A DNA stretch of 64,000 bases from Glaucostegus cemiculus (Eukaryota), in the NCBI GenBank assembly GCA_976551045.1, contig CDPCPM010000323.1, forward strand, positions 4,278,001-4,342,000, read 5' to 3'. Positions 1-13,482 of this stretch are shown here, piece after piece. Numbering within the stretch: position 1 is the stretch's first letter; each line of letters starts with the position of its first letter. Position numbers and translations under genes: made by a program. The notes under the pieces are model-generated. The model saw only the letters and a list, made by a program, of their open reading frames with translations, searched no databases and was not told the DNA's origin.

Positions 1-34
1 ATTTCCTTTAGTAGTTTGGTTTTTTTTTCCCTTA

Positions 35-310
35 AGAATAGGAGTTATCTAACTAAGGTGAAGAAAAGGGTGATTTCTTTCCTCAGAGGTTTGTGTATCT
101 TTCTAAATTTTCTCCCAGAGGGTGGTGGAGACAGAATCACTGGATGCAATCAGGCCTAGACAGGCAGATACTTGATCGACAAGGGATGCAAAGGTTATGG
201 AGAATAGAAAGAAAGGTGAAACCAAGACCAAGATCAGATCAGCCATGATCTCAGTATGTGACAGAGCAGACTGAGGGGCCACATTGCCCAGTACTGTACT
301 TATTTCTTAA
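35..310 (+). mobile_element. CR1-type (HER1-like) LINE 3' end fragment
   Basis: Ends in gatcagccatgatc...ggggccacattgcc..tactgtacttatttctta, matching the recalled chondrichthyan CR1 3' tail. Confidence 0.7.
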
Positions 311-329
311 ACAGGGCAGCCTCCAAGAT

Positions 330-655
330 CCCACAGATGGGAACGATATAAGTGGCCAGTTAATCTGCTTTGGAGGACAATTTGAGAGCAGAATTTAAGC
401 CAAGGCACCAGAAGAACTTCTTGTCCTTCTTGAAAAGTTTGTCTTCCAGATCTTAAGAGCAAGGTGAAGCTTTTGGTTGATGCTTCCTACAGGAAAAACA
501 ACACCTGTGGCAGTACAGCATTGTTTCAGCCTCAACATCAAGCTGTCAACCTGCAATTACCAAGAAGATGGTTTCAACCTGATTCAGATGATCACGTCCC
601 AGACCTGTGTCATCTCTAATTTAAACACATGGTATATCAACAAACTTGACTGGCA
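330..655 (-). mobile_element. Highly decayed DeuSINE-like SINE
   Basis: Patchy similarity (acacctgtggcagtacagca...tgtcaacct) to the better copies at 18105-18362 and 59540-59745. Confidence 0.35.
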
Positions 656-663
656 TTAAAATG

Positions 664-776
664 GAGACACAAGAGAGACTGCAGATGCTAGAAATCTGGA
701 GCAACACACAAAATGCTGGAGGGACTCAGCTGATCAGGCAGCGCCTATGGAGGGAAATGAACAGCCGACGTTTCAG
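664..776. mobile_element. Penelope-type terminal repeat fragment
   Basis: gactgcagatgctagaaatctggagcaacacacaaaatgctggagggactcagc...gacgtttcag; the same motif recurs at 13245, 15221 and 41320-42050. Confidence 0.65.
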
Positions 777-1479
777 TAAGTTGGCATTAAAATTTTTTTT
801 GTAAATAAAAATACCCATTTCTCCAAACTTCATACTCCTTCTCTGATCCAGTATCAAAAGAAAAAGGACCACAATATTATGAGCAGAAACAAAAACCTGA
901 TTTTTAGTAGGAGCTTCCCAAAATAATCCTCTGGAAATTATAAACTTTTTTTTCTTCAGGAGTGTTAAATTTACCCATTTCACCCAACTGATCAGTAGTG
1001 TGATGGGGGTAGGGTTTCATCGACAAAGGGTTTTATCAACAAAGCAAATGGTTGCTTTTGGAGATTAGTGGGAAGGACAAGTTAGTTGAGGGAAGATGGG
1101 ATATTTTGGAGTTGCTCTGGGGTAGATGGATAATGTGGTGTTTGAAGGAGACAATTTAGTACCTACCTTAAAGGGATCGACTTACGTTCTCAAAGCAAGT
1201 CTAGTACTTGCTAAGATCCTTTAAGATTACTTAAACTACGTAGAAGATGGCTTCACAAGTATGAAAGCTCCTTCATGAACAACCTGTGGATAGCACAGCC
1301 AAACATTTGAATGCAAATTAGAAGGTGGAGTCCTATCATGAATCTTGGTTCGCTGTGCAGAAGTACATTAGGCGTATGCAGGACCCAGAACAAAATTCAT
1401 TGTCTTTGTACAACATTATATTTCATTTTCATTGAAGCTAGATTGTGTAACGCACAAAAACATGACACAAAACAATCCT

Positions 1480-2060
1480 ATTTCAAGGTATTTACATAGT
1501 AAGGACCTATTTGCCTGTTTTATGTAGATTAAGGAACTTCTGTACTCTTTTTTTCACACACAAATGATTTATCAGCATGTTTTATATGCCCAGCAGATTT
1601 ATTGTCAGATTTTATATTCACAAAGGACTGAATAACATGCTTTATTTATACTGAAAATTTTCTAACAAGGTTTGTATATGCTAAGGATCCATTAAGTTGT
1701 GAATGTTTCAGCAGCATATTTTATTACACACTGAAGGTTTACTGATGTTTTACATACAGTGATGATTTACGAACATGTTTCATACACCCTGGCTTTTGCT
1801 AACATGTTACATGAGTACTGGCTGTGCAGAGCGTATTTCATGTAGGATGCAGATTTACAGGCAGATCCCAGCTACTTGGACAGTCACTCACAGGTTTCAG
1901 ATAAACTGTGGCTGTGCAAGCATGTGTTATCTACACTGAAGATTTACTAGCTGGTTTAATATACACTGAGAGTTTACAAATATGTTCGATACAGAACATG
2001 TCTAATATATTGTGGATACACTGAAATTTATTAACATGTTTTTTGGACATGCCTTATTAA
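1480..2060. repeat. Degenerate minisatellite, unit about 30 bp
   Basis: Recurrent unit resembling actgaagatttactaacatgttttatatac (e.g. near 1650, 1730, 1935, 1965, 2020). Confidence 0.6.
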
Positions 2061-2247
2061 TCACATTTTTATATGCAATAAAAAATTTAATATTTAAAGG
2101 GTTACATTTAGGTGCATTGTTAGTTAACTTTTCCTTAAAGACAATGCGTTAAATGCTAATCGCAGCAGTACGGAAGTGAGATGTTTGGTTTTTTTTAGTT
2201 TAAGGGTTTAAGTGTTAAGTCCATTTAGTGTGTTCGCTATCACTTAC

Positions 2248-2295
2248 CCTCACTAAATGCTTACTGTTACTGACCACTTCTGTCCTCACTTGCAT
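2248..2295 (-). CDS. Candidate short alternative first coding exon (MQVRTEVVSNSKHLVR), gene unidentified
   Basis: ATG-initiated 16-codon open frame ending exactly at a consensus donor AGG|GTAAGT; no homology recognised. Confidence 0.2.
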
Positions 2296-4017
2296 TACTC
2301 TCAGTGTCCTTCACCATTTCCTCATTTATCCAGCTGTTACAGCTTTTACTATTATCCTACCCCAAACTTGCTTATGGAATGGCTTTCTTTAAAAGCATCT
2401 CAACATCTTTGGAGTTAGACAAAGCATGCAGGCAAAGGCGAAGAGATTTGCCCATTTCTGGTTTGTAGAGTACCATTCAAGAACACAGGCAGCCCCATTC
2501 GTGGTAATGAAAGCCTTTCATTACTTTGTAGATAATGTGAAACTTCTTTGAAGCCCAAAGCAGATGAAAGTGGATGTGGTACGGACTCATTTTTGAAAGC
2601 ACTCTATAAAGAAATGCTGAGATAGCCCAGCATCAGTGCTGCTAATTATGAAGAATGCAGAGATATCATTTTTAATAAATTTATAAGCAAACTTTCAATG
2701 AGCATTTGTTTTCAGCTAATGCACTATCTTTCTAAAAGCATTGAAAATGTGTCAATTACTTTACTTTTTATCCAAAACTATTTTGTGTCCTACATTGTAT
2801 TTCACTTGAAGCCCATTATAAACCAACAGCAGGATGTGGATTAAAGTATGTGTCTTTTGATCCTCTTTATGTGAATTGAGAGGTTAGCTCTGAGTTAATC
2901 AAAATGGCAGCCAGCCTAACATACCTTCCCCTGAACTAACACAAGCCTAATGACAGCTGTGCTCTAGCTGGGTAAGTTCCTTTATTTCCCTTGTTCAATG
3001 CCAGAGATCCGTGAATCTTCATCACTTTATGTATTTAACCATGGTCAGGTTTGTTTCATTATTTGCTTATTGTTACAGGCTCCCTGGGTGCTTCCCCTAT
3101 TCAGAGTTAGAGCCTGTGTGTTCACTCTAGGTTAACCTTTTTAAGTGAGGCAATCGACCACCTGCACACATTGCCGAAGGCTGTGACATGGGTTGAGCTG
3201 ATCAGTACACTTACTTACACATATTAGGAGCATTTACAGCTATTGCCACCGAGCGTCTCTTACAATTTTAGAACTGCAGTTTCATTTCCAAGTGGTAAGA
3301 ACTTTCCTCAACTTTGGTGTTTTGACCATAAAGTGAATGAGGGCACTTGTCTGGCAATCTTTCATCACTGTTACAACCTCAGTGGAACAACAGCAATTAT
3401 AATATAAAGGTGTTAGCTTACCAATGCTTAAACTGATTGCATCAGATTCCTCCTTCTGCAATGTGAGCACAAGCACTCATTTGTTTATTTGAATTGGTTC
3501 GTCACTCCCATTAGAACAGCAGAGAGGAATTTGTTTAAAATGCATTGATTGCTGAAATAATCACAATAGCAACAGCGTCTATCTCTCAGTTAGTGAATGG
3601 TTAAAAGGGATTCTATTGAACATCTAATTTATTGTATAGGTGTTCAGCAGTAAAGGGAAAGGAATTAACAAAACCCAGAGTAAGCAACAAAATATTTATC
3701 TGCAGCTCAGGATGTTCCTTTTACCCAATTTCTAGTGCTTTGGCAACTTTTTCTCTCCCTTAATTTCTTTTGGTTTTTGGAGTTAACCTCTTTTTTCCTG
3801 CTTGTTTTCTTCAACTGTCCCTCAGGGTCAAGGATGATTTGCTTTCGATCTAGTTCAGTGGGTTCTGGGTTTGCTGACGAACCATACACTCTGCCTCAGC
3901 GAGGGCAGGAGGTGCCTGACAAGGTGGGTGGAGGGTAGTATCCACTATTTTTTCTGGTTTCTATTGTAGCTCACTTATTACTTGTATTTACCTTTCTTCT
4001 ACTGTTCTCCTTAGTTT

Positions 4018-4330
4018 AGAAACATAGAAACATGAAGCACAGAAACAACCCTTTCAGCCCACCAGGTCTACACCCCCCATCCAGCACTCATCTACACCAA
4101 TCCCATTTTATTCCCCTCCACTCCCCTCTGGATTCTATCATTGACCAAACTAGACCAGTTAACCTACCAGTCCACACATTTTGAGATGTGGGAGGGAACC
4201 GGAGCACCCCGAAGAAACCAAGCATTCACCCAGAGAACATGCAAACTCCATGTAGACAACACCTGAGTTCAGGATTGAACCCAGGTTGCTGCAGCTGTTA
4301 GTCAACGGCTCTACCACTGCACCAACTGTG
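4018..4330 (-). mobile_element. tRNA-derived V-SINE (HE1-like)
   Basis: Reverse strand has a tRNA-like head with B box (gggttcaatcc), the V-domain (ggagtttgcatgttctc...gggtgctccggttccctcccaca) and a CR1-derived tail with (ttctatgt)-type repeats; second copy at 32155. Confidence 0.85.
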
Positions 4331-6599
4331 ACACCCCAGCTTTCTTCATGCAATTCAGCTTATTCCCTACTGGTACCCTTTACTTCAAGCCTTGTCTTTG
4401 CTGCTCTCAGTCTCGATGATTTAGACCTTACCCCTTCTTTCTCACCCTTACTTCTCTGCAGCTTTCTTAGGCTGTCTCCATGCACTGAGCTCACTTAATG
4501 TCCTGCTGGCCTGAGCAGCAATCAGCAGGCAGGATCACAAACCAAGGTTTTGTTTGCTCTCTTCCCTCCTCAGACGCACTCATTTACCACAACAATCTTC
4601 TACAACACAGTGCTCAAAAATCCTTCTTTAGCATGAGTGTACCCAACAATTGAGTGAAGAGGAGTTTCAAGTGGGTCCCAGGAAATGCCAACTGCTCCAG
4701 TATTTATTGAATAATGCAGGCCCCTGATGAACTCAAATACTCACCCATGTTCCTCTTATGCTGTCTATTCTTACAAAAAACTAAAATCAATATTATGGTC
4801 CGCTTCTAACATGCTAAAGACATTTCTCGAGGACACCATTATTTACCCGTGCTATGCCTAAAGTAGTGAACTTACTGCTTGAGTCTAAACAGGCAGTCAC
4901 TTTAACTTAAGCCAAGTGGAAGGAAAGTTTGAAATCCAGACTCCTGGTTATTCACCGTGTAGCATTGTTCAGTCTCTGTATGCAGTCAGTTTGGAACCCA
5001 TACTACTTAAAAAGTTTCTTCTGAGATTACGTGGCTATGAAAAGAGAACTATGTGGGTGCCTCCAGGTACTCAGTGGAGAAGTCACACTTACAGATATCC
5101 CAGGCTGAAGGTAAGACCACAACATACTGACTCCCAATTTTCTGACCCACACTTTCTGGACAGTAGTTCTTTAAAGAGACTGTAGGATCAAAGTGTCACC
5201 CTTCATATTTTTAATAACTGCAACTGTTGCAACTGCTTGAAGTGCTCATATCAAATCCCTCTCCCTGCTATTTTAAAGAAGCTTGGATTAATGCTTCCAT
5301 TAAAAGCATGGACTGAATTTGATATGAATATGTTAAGCATTCAGATGTCATCACACACAATTTTTAGGTTTATATTTGGTCAATTTGTGCATGAGATCTT
5401 GCATTTGATATCCTGTTTCACATTAGTATCTTTCACAAGAAAAATAATATTGGTGTCAAGAGTCTGTAATTATCCATTTATAAACATAATTAGCACCAAT
5501 GGAGGATTTCTATTTGTTACTACTCATCTTTTGGATAGGTTAACATTGTTCAATCACTAAAGACCAAATGTGCACAAACCTTTAATCAGAGTGTTGCATC
5601 CACATATTTGCATTTTAACAGTTCTGAAGTGATGTCTATCACACAAGTTTTCTTTTAAGTTGTTTTATAATTGTCCAGGCAAATGTGCAATCATGAATAA
5701 TTATTAGAGTTTAGGAGCAGAAGTTTAAATTTACCATTCACTTTGTTGCACTGCTGTTTGTAACTGGCTAAATGGACAGTAGATAAGAACAAACTTGACT
5801 TTTAACATGATCTTTAAAAGTCAAGTTAGAGGATGTAGAAGGAATTAATATAGATTGTATTTTCTATTCACTTGATTCCTGCTGGGAAAATTATTTCAGA
5901 AAAGGCAATTAGGAGAAGGAAAATAATATTTTGTCATGTTCCCAAAGCACTTAGGCGTGTAGGAACAGTAGCTGTGAGTATACCAGGTAGAGACAGCCAG
6001 GTAGCTAGTGACTGGTACCATCGCTGACAGAAGAGAAACATCCTCTAAATCTGAAACATTCTGCAGTGCACTCTGCTGCAGATGTTAGTTTAATCCTCTT
6101 CCCTTTTGGTTTGTGAAGTTAAGTTCTTCTGTTGCCTCAGTTACTATCCACAAGGTGGGCAGCAAAAACATCTGTTCCTACACCTGTGCCAATGATCTTC
6201 TGAACCCGCCAATGGCACAGTTGGCATCAGCTGATTTCCCTTCCAATTTTCTCTGTGGGGAAGCACATCATCTTTATTCCTCACCTTCTCCTGGCAATCC
6301 TCCTAAGTGCAGTGGCTTGCTGAGTGGCAAATCACAAGCAGCATTTCTCCTGTTACCTACTGAACAACCTTTTCACGCTCCTGGGTGCTGCTCATCCCAC
6401 CTATCACTACCTCTTCAAGAGCTATTACAATGCTGGACTATGTGTTCATTAAGTTTTTAAACTTGCACACCATAAAGACACTGCAAAAAAATTTTTGACT
6501 ATGTGCAACTATGTAAAATGGATGATTGCAAGTCAGCTTCTTGTTATACAGTTCTCTTGCTTTTTATTTTGATTGCAGACAGTCCCTTTCCCTCTATTC

Positions 6600-6675
6600 T
6601 GACAGGCAGACACACACAGAGACACACACAGAAATGCAAAAGTACACAGATATACAAATACACACACATATAAAG
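6600..6675. repeat. (CA)-rich imperfect microsatellite abutting the assembly gap
   Basis: cacacacaga gacacacaca...cacacacata seen directly. Confidence 0.8.
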
Positions 6676-6849
6676 NNNNNNNNNNNNNNNNNNNNNNNNN
6701 NNNNNNNNNNNNNNNNNNNNNNNNNNNNNNNNNNNNNNNNNNNNNNNNNNNNNNNNNNNNNNNNNNNNNNNNNNNNNNNNNNNNNNNNNNNNNNNNNNNN
6801 NNNNNNNNNNNNNNNNNNNNNNNNNNNNNNNNNNNNNNNNNNNNNNNNN
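6676..6849. other. Assembly gap (174 N)
   Basis: Run of N. Confidence 1.
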
Positions 6850-9800
6850 AGTACTCCAGTACAGATGAGTTTAAACTCTTTTCATTACATTCAAATACTT
6901 TTATCTTCAAATAATGATGGCCACGGGTCTCCAGAAATTTCTAATGTGGCTCCTTTTTTATTACAAGTGATTTTGTCTGCAGTAAAAAGGTCTTGATTTA
7001 GATGTCTCGCTGCTCTGGCCTCCTCCCCTACTGCGGTAATAAGGATGGGCTACCTGCTGTGACCTGAAGAATACCACTTCACGGCCACTGAATTTCAAGC
7101 AGCTTTTATTTATAGAGCTCAGAAATTGAATGGGTATTAGTGTCCAAATATTTCAGCATGCTCTTGCAACGCCACACAAAAGCACAGATTTACTGCAAAT
7201 CTGCACTTCTGTGCCAGCATTCACTAGCACAGGCAGAACTGCTGGCAATTCACTGATAGCTGCTGAAAGCCTTAGGACAGAGTTCCACTTTTCACCTATT
7301 CAGGATTAGTCATCTTTCTTAAATAAAATGTGCCATCCTTTGTAACTCTTTCACAACCAGTTTGTTCAGATCGAGTTGTCACTGGAAATGGGTGGGTTAC
7401 AAATGAGTTGATAATATTTCTCTAAAAGCTAATTATCAACTAGTTAAAGTGATAAGTGATAAATCTCAAGCTTGGCACCCGTCAGAGAACTGGGCTTTAA
7501 ATTAGCCAGCACCAATTATGAATATTTGACTTTGAATGAATTACAATGTCAGGTTAATGGATCTATTTATAGAAGTATCATACATTAAAAATAAGTGAAT
7601 GAAAATTAGATCATGAAAATTCTGCTTCTGATATTAATCCACAAAGTGAATTTTCAATATCTGATTTTCATTACACCTACAATGTTTCATTATTTGGATA
7701 TAGCTTTATTCTAAGTGACCTGCTTTAATTATGTCATCAAGATCTTCCAGCTATTATTTAGTTAGGTCAACGGCGTTCTGGATTGCATAACACCCAAAAT
7801 ACCTAAACTGAGTAAATGTTAGGAATTCAACCGCAAAACACATGGTTGCCCTTTTCCTCACAGTCATACCTTAAAATTTTGTGCTGTACATATTGCAACT
7901 TCTGACATTCTAATTCTAAGGTCAAGTTTACACTTTTGGAATCAAGCCATGAATTAAATCATCCTTAATGACCTTGCCATACTTGACTAAAGAGTTCTTT
8001 CGTGTTAGATACACTGTGGGGGAAAAATCCCCTCTGTGATTCTGTCAAAATTTATCTTAATGAGCACCAGCGAGCAAAAAAATAAATTCATAGTAAATTG
8101 TCCAGAAGTGAAGAGGTGACCCCATAAATGTACTTTGTGTAAGTTTGTACCATTGCAATTCAAATAACAAATGGTGCCGTCAGAATCATTCAACTATTCA
8201 TTGCCATGCTAGAACATGAGGACTTATTCCTTTTAAACAAGCCTTTACTTTGACAATCATCAGATTTTTTGTGGTATTTTATATTCAATCAACACTTCCA
8301 AAAATATTGTTTATGCGAGTTATGTAATCATTAAAATGTATCCTTTGGAAAAGCAAATGTTTTTCAGTACTTGGATTGTTCATGTCAGTGTTATCGATGA
8401 AGACCTTAGTGCAACAAATTTGCAAGCTCATCAATTATTTTCTAACATTTTCGTGGGAAAAATGGAGAATCGGAACAAAAGGAACATTTTTGACCAAGTC
8501 AGTTATGGACTCGTATATCACTGATACCGGATGCAGGACCAACTAAGGATATGCATATTTGATTTATTTTTTTACAAAAATGACAGTTGTAGAGATTAGC
8601 CAATGTGCTGTGCAGTTAAACAGAGGATTTTCAAGGCATTGGGGGGTGGGATAAGGATACAAAGTATGAAGAAAATGGAGAGGTTTGTTCAACACCTTAT
8701 ATACATATTTGATATTTTCTCAAAAGAAAAATGAAGAGTTATATTTGTAACTTGCTGACCAGTTGTTGCTTTCCTGGTGAGAGAGGGAATGGGGTTTTAT
8801 TTATGTCCAAAATCAGTGATGTGAAATAGCTTAAGATTCAAAGATATTATGAACAGGTTTAGCTGCTGAATGTCAGGACAAACAGGTTAAAAATAAGTAA
8901 ATATTTTGTATTTATCTTTAATCACTGGACTTCTATCAAATTAAGGTCACTATCTTGCTAAAATCGAAACACTGTTCAGCCTAATAGTTCTGCATTAAAT
9001 ATTATGTTTTGGACCAGAGAATAGTTTGATGCCCATGTGGATAGTTTTTAACATAGCAAAGACTTCAATAGAGAATAAAATTGTCCTGGGTTGAAAAGCA
9101 GCGTTGATCTTGATCCCAAGAATTCCCAGAAAGGGGATTACGATATTCATTCTTTACTCTCCCTACAAACTGGGCTTCTTTTTTTAATTAACTGCACACT
9201 GTATTTCTTTTTCTGAACATTTATCACCAAATGCAATGAGTACTAGTTTGCAGCACATTTGTATATATCTAAAACCAGCAGAAATATGAAAACATATAGG
9301 CTGCAGATTAGGTTGGGATCTAATGCAATGAGTTAGCATTAGTTACCTTTTTCCAACAATTAACCAACATTTTTTATTATATTCTAATCATAATTTAAAA
9401 TACAATTGAATAGTGACTTATCATAACAAGAATGACTTTTCAAAAATAACGCCTGATTCCTATTAATTTTGCAGTGATCAAATCACTCCCCTGCACTTCA
9501 TTTAGGTAGAAGATTTGTGCACATGTTATTGATGGAATGATTTCCTATTGTTTAGATTGTTTTGTTTGATATTTGCTGTTCCTCACATAAAACATTTTCA
9601 TTTTCAGTTTTGTTTATGTTAATTATTTTTGCTTATTACCAGTGAATGTATTTTCCTGTTCTGCTTGTAACTCTCTGGTATGTTACACATCTGCCTGTTT
9701 TCAATTTCTCTTAGTAAAAGTAACACAAATTCGACCAAACTTCTTTGTAAGGTTCCAAGAATCTTTATATCAAATTGCATTGTATTTAGGAGCATTCATA

Positions 9801-11414
9801 TTTGTATCTTTGCATGAAATTTCCCTGTTATTTCGTAAGTCAATTAAATATACATGACATAAATTTAAGGTTGCTTAGTTTAATTTGGTCACAAATACTC
9901 TCCATTTTACTCACCAAACCCTAAACTATAATACCACATTCTTATACTGGTATTTAAACATTTAAAAATTATACAAAAACACAACTATTTGCCTTAGAAT
10001 AACAAAATGAAGCCCAGATGATTTTGCCACACACAGTTAACTTTTGGAAAACCTTTTTTGAGAGTTCATAATATTGATATGAGAAATTTGTGAAAATTTA
10101 TGAAACCATGATTGAATCTGCATGATAATTTAAAACCAAGAAATCCACATGTCACATCAACTGAAGCACATATTTATATCAGGATTGTGCAGCAGGCCAT
10201 AACGGCTTGTGCAGTACACTAAAGTAAGTTTACCTTCATATCAAAAGGAGATTGTTGCAATTAACTGCTAACTCAAGTCTTTCTGAACGAAAAGGACTCT
10301 GAGGTAAGTATAACTTCAGCCATTATTATTTTGGAACAGCCTACAATTTTCATGAAACATAATATTTGAGTTGTAAATTCAGCTTCTACCGTTGCGATTC
10401 TTAATGTTTCTCCTCTGGTTTACAGATACACAGCACATAGCTAGCAGATTTTATTTATGAATATTTGTGAGCCCAACTAAATAGTTATTTGTTATTATTA
10501 CTTTATGAAGAACCTAATTAATTCTAAATTCTAAATCATGCTTGGTGAAATGAAATGAAATCTGAATATTTTCACAGACTGATATTAATACTAAGGATTT
10601 TCAGTAGAAGTATACCTGGAATTGTAAGAAGAAAACAATATGCTCTTCTTGGTCTCTAAATTCCTTTATATTTATTTTTAATCATATTCATGTCCTAACT
10701 GTGCCAAGCCTAATTTGCATCTATTAGAGTGGGAGTCTACAGTGTGCTTGTCCTTACGCACACTTACTGAAGATGATATTATGACATCCCGCAGTAACAA
10801 GCATTCTTCTGTTTAAATTTATATCAATTAGTTAGTAACAGTAATTCAATCTGACAGTGCAGTGGATGTTGAAAGGCTTGTGACGATGTCACTGAGGCGA
10901 CCTTTCTTCCTGCTCACAGCCAAAAGCCATTTTTAACAAGGAATTCTGAAAGAACTGCTACCTCAGCCATACTTTGATAATTAGTTATTGATTAAGAACA
11001 ATGTAGCGCTGAATATTGCCGGATTAGTTTGACGCCAGTGGGTCGCGACATACAGACCTTATCACAATAATCTACGAAAATATATATCATGCTCTAACAA
11101 GTTATTGTTCTCCTCTACTTTGTAATTCATTGGACCTGAGCACTTAGGGTCAATAATATTACCAACAGTGCAGGGAAAATGGATTTTAACCTTATCACAA
11201 AAGCTGGTATGCTTTTCTAATAGTTATCCAATAATACTATTTACGTGAAATTTGCATTTAGTCCATCCTGTTCTTGTGCATTGTGTAGTATCATTCCAAA
11301 TAACTTTTAAGTAGAGTTTCAAAGCAAGATTTGAAGGATGCAACATTTATTGGCAAAGATGTGTTTATCATGCCATCATTTTATTGAAAGAAATCATTGT
11401 ACAGAAGGTTCAGG

Positions 11415-11630
11415 ATAGATGCAGAGAATCCTAAAGCAGAGGAGGCCAGTTAGCCCATCTTGATCATTGTGACTCTTTGAATGACCATCCAGTTAGTTCC
11501 ACTCCACTGGTCTTTCCCCACTGCCTTTTATATGTTTCCTTTTCAAGTAGGTATCTAACTCCCCTTTGAAAGTTACCATTGTTTTTACTTTCACTGGCCT
11601 TTCAGGGAATGCATTCCAGATCATAATAGG
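11415..11630 (-). mobile_element. CR1-type LINE 3' end, decayed
   Basis: gcagaggaggccagttagcccatc...tatctaactcccctttgaaagtt...gcattccagatcataa is the reverse of the CR1 3' region. Confidence 0.65.
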
Positions 11631-12597
11631 TAGCGCAATACAGAAAATCATTGAAGGGCATCTCACGATGTTCTGACTATTAATTTTAAGAGATGGAAGA
11701 ACATATATCAGCCATGTAAGGTGTACTCAGCCAAGTGTCAGGAGCATGTAGATAGGAAGTATCCTACTATTGTGAGTTTTGTCTCTCTCTTCATAACCTC
11801 AAAATTTCAGATGATAATTGTTGATTCCAAAGTTGTTAATGACTTCCCAATTAAGTGCTTGTCTACTATTGGGAATGCTAAGCAATCACTTAAGATAACA
11901 AATCTAAATACCATAGCACCTATTTCAACTTGGAAATATTCTATTTGGATTCTCCTATGAGTATGATGTGGAAATGTTTGTTGCAGGCAAATCACTGCCA
12001 ATGTATTTCATTTGTGTTAATTAGATATTATTTTCTTTCATCCTTGTATGAGTGTTTACATATTTTTTACATGTTGGCAGAGAAAATTATAATTTCTCAT
12101 TCTGTATTATATGTTACCAAGCTGGAATGGCAGAATTTGTTTTCAACAAAAATAAGGCAAGGTATAATTAGGATTCCTCAATGAATAAATATTTTGTAAT
12201 AAGTGGCTTACTTGTCTAATAGGAATAGAATGCAGTTGAAACTGAATGTTTTTGTAATGTTAAATGCTTAACTCTGTTCCTGCTGTAAGGAAAATGTCAT
12301 TTTCCATTATTCATACTTCTGAGTACAGTGTAAATTTAAGAATCAGCTGGAAATGAAGCTGGGAAGAATGTTGTAAATGCAATCAATTTATTTTTTAGGA
12401 CCAGGTGTCCATAAACATAATGGAAAGAATCCATATAAGTTCAACTTGTCTAATGAAATAGGAATTGGATCAAAATCTTTGTTGGAATAAGAAAAAGTTC
12501 TAAACAAAATTCCTTACCTAGTTTGGTCATGAGGCAAGTGTCTGAAGATATAGGCTAACCATAAATTGCACTAACTTTGAAGTGATGATCAGATGAA

Positions 12598-12990
12598 AAA
12601 AAAAGACTTGCAATGATATAGCAGCCTTCACAAACTCAGGACATCTCCAAACGTTGTTGTTGATGAAGTACTTTTTTACAGCATGATAAATCATTGTAAC
12701 ATCGGAAACATGCTAATAAGTCTACAAACTCCCACAAACATTGATGTGATAATGATCAGATATTTCTTTTCAGTGATGTTGCTGGTGGTATTTGGGCAAA
12801 ATGCTCCCCTGCTTTTCTTCACAAGAACATTATGGCATTTTTAGGTGCACTTGAAAGACTAGACTTGCTGTGGATTGATGAGAGCACATATTAGAGTGCA
12901 GACCACATCAGTACCACCACAGAGTCAGCCTAGACACTTCTGCTCGAGTCAATGGAATGGGGCATAATTCCACAATGTTCTGACCAATAG
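12598..12990 (-). mobile_element. DeuSINE-like (SacSINE1-type) SINE
   Basis: Reverse L2-type tail (gacttgca...caggacatctccaaa) plus core tcccacaaaca..atgtgataatgatcagat; homologous to the 61545 copy. Confidence 0.7.
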
Positions 12991-13244
12991 GTACCATTGA
13001 GTAAATGTTCTTTGTGCAAGGCATTGATAATGAAGTCTGCCAAAGGCATCTGTTGCATTGTTAAACCAATTGCTGCCATCACTCTGTGATGCCACCTGAT
13101 CCTATTTGTCTACACCAGGAGGTGCTGATTGCTGGTGCCAGACTGAAAGGGGATATTCATTCTACAAGTCAAGCCTCCTATTAAGCACCTAGATTTCTTG
13201 ATTTCACCACCACTCCTTAATTTTACACGCCTATCATCAATTGG

Positions 13245-13442
13245 TGCAAAACTCAAACTGCTGGAGGAATTCAATGGCCCAAGCAGCAACTGTGGAGGTA
13301 GAGAGGTTGTCGATGTTTCAGGTCAAGACCCTGCATCAATACTGTCAATTCCTTTGCCTCCACAGATGCTGCCTGACCCATGAGGTTCCCCAAGCAGTTT
13401 ATTGTTTGCTCCAGATTCCAGCATCCACAATCTCTTGTGTTT
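13245..13442. mobile_element. Short fold-back Penelope-type repeat
   Basis: aaactgctggaggaa...gcagcaactgtggagg is inverted relative to cctccacagatgctgcctgacc...cagcagttt; same family as 41318-42051. Confidence 0.7.
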
Positions 13443-13482
13443 ACCATTGTTCAATTTGACTGTTTTAAGTAGTTTTTTAACA

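Noticed and set aside
2105-2155. Hairpin containing gtgcattgt, like the miR-33 seed
   Set aside because: Similarity stops after 9 nt and the stem is too short for a pre-miRNA.
6113-6460. 115-aa plus-strand ORF
   Set aside because: Non-ATG start, no recognisable domain and no splice support.
6526-6996. Longest ORFs in the track (156 and 125 aa)
   Set aside because: Artefacts of reading through the N gap and the CA microsatellite.
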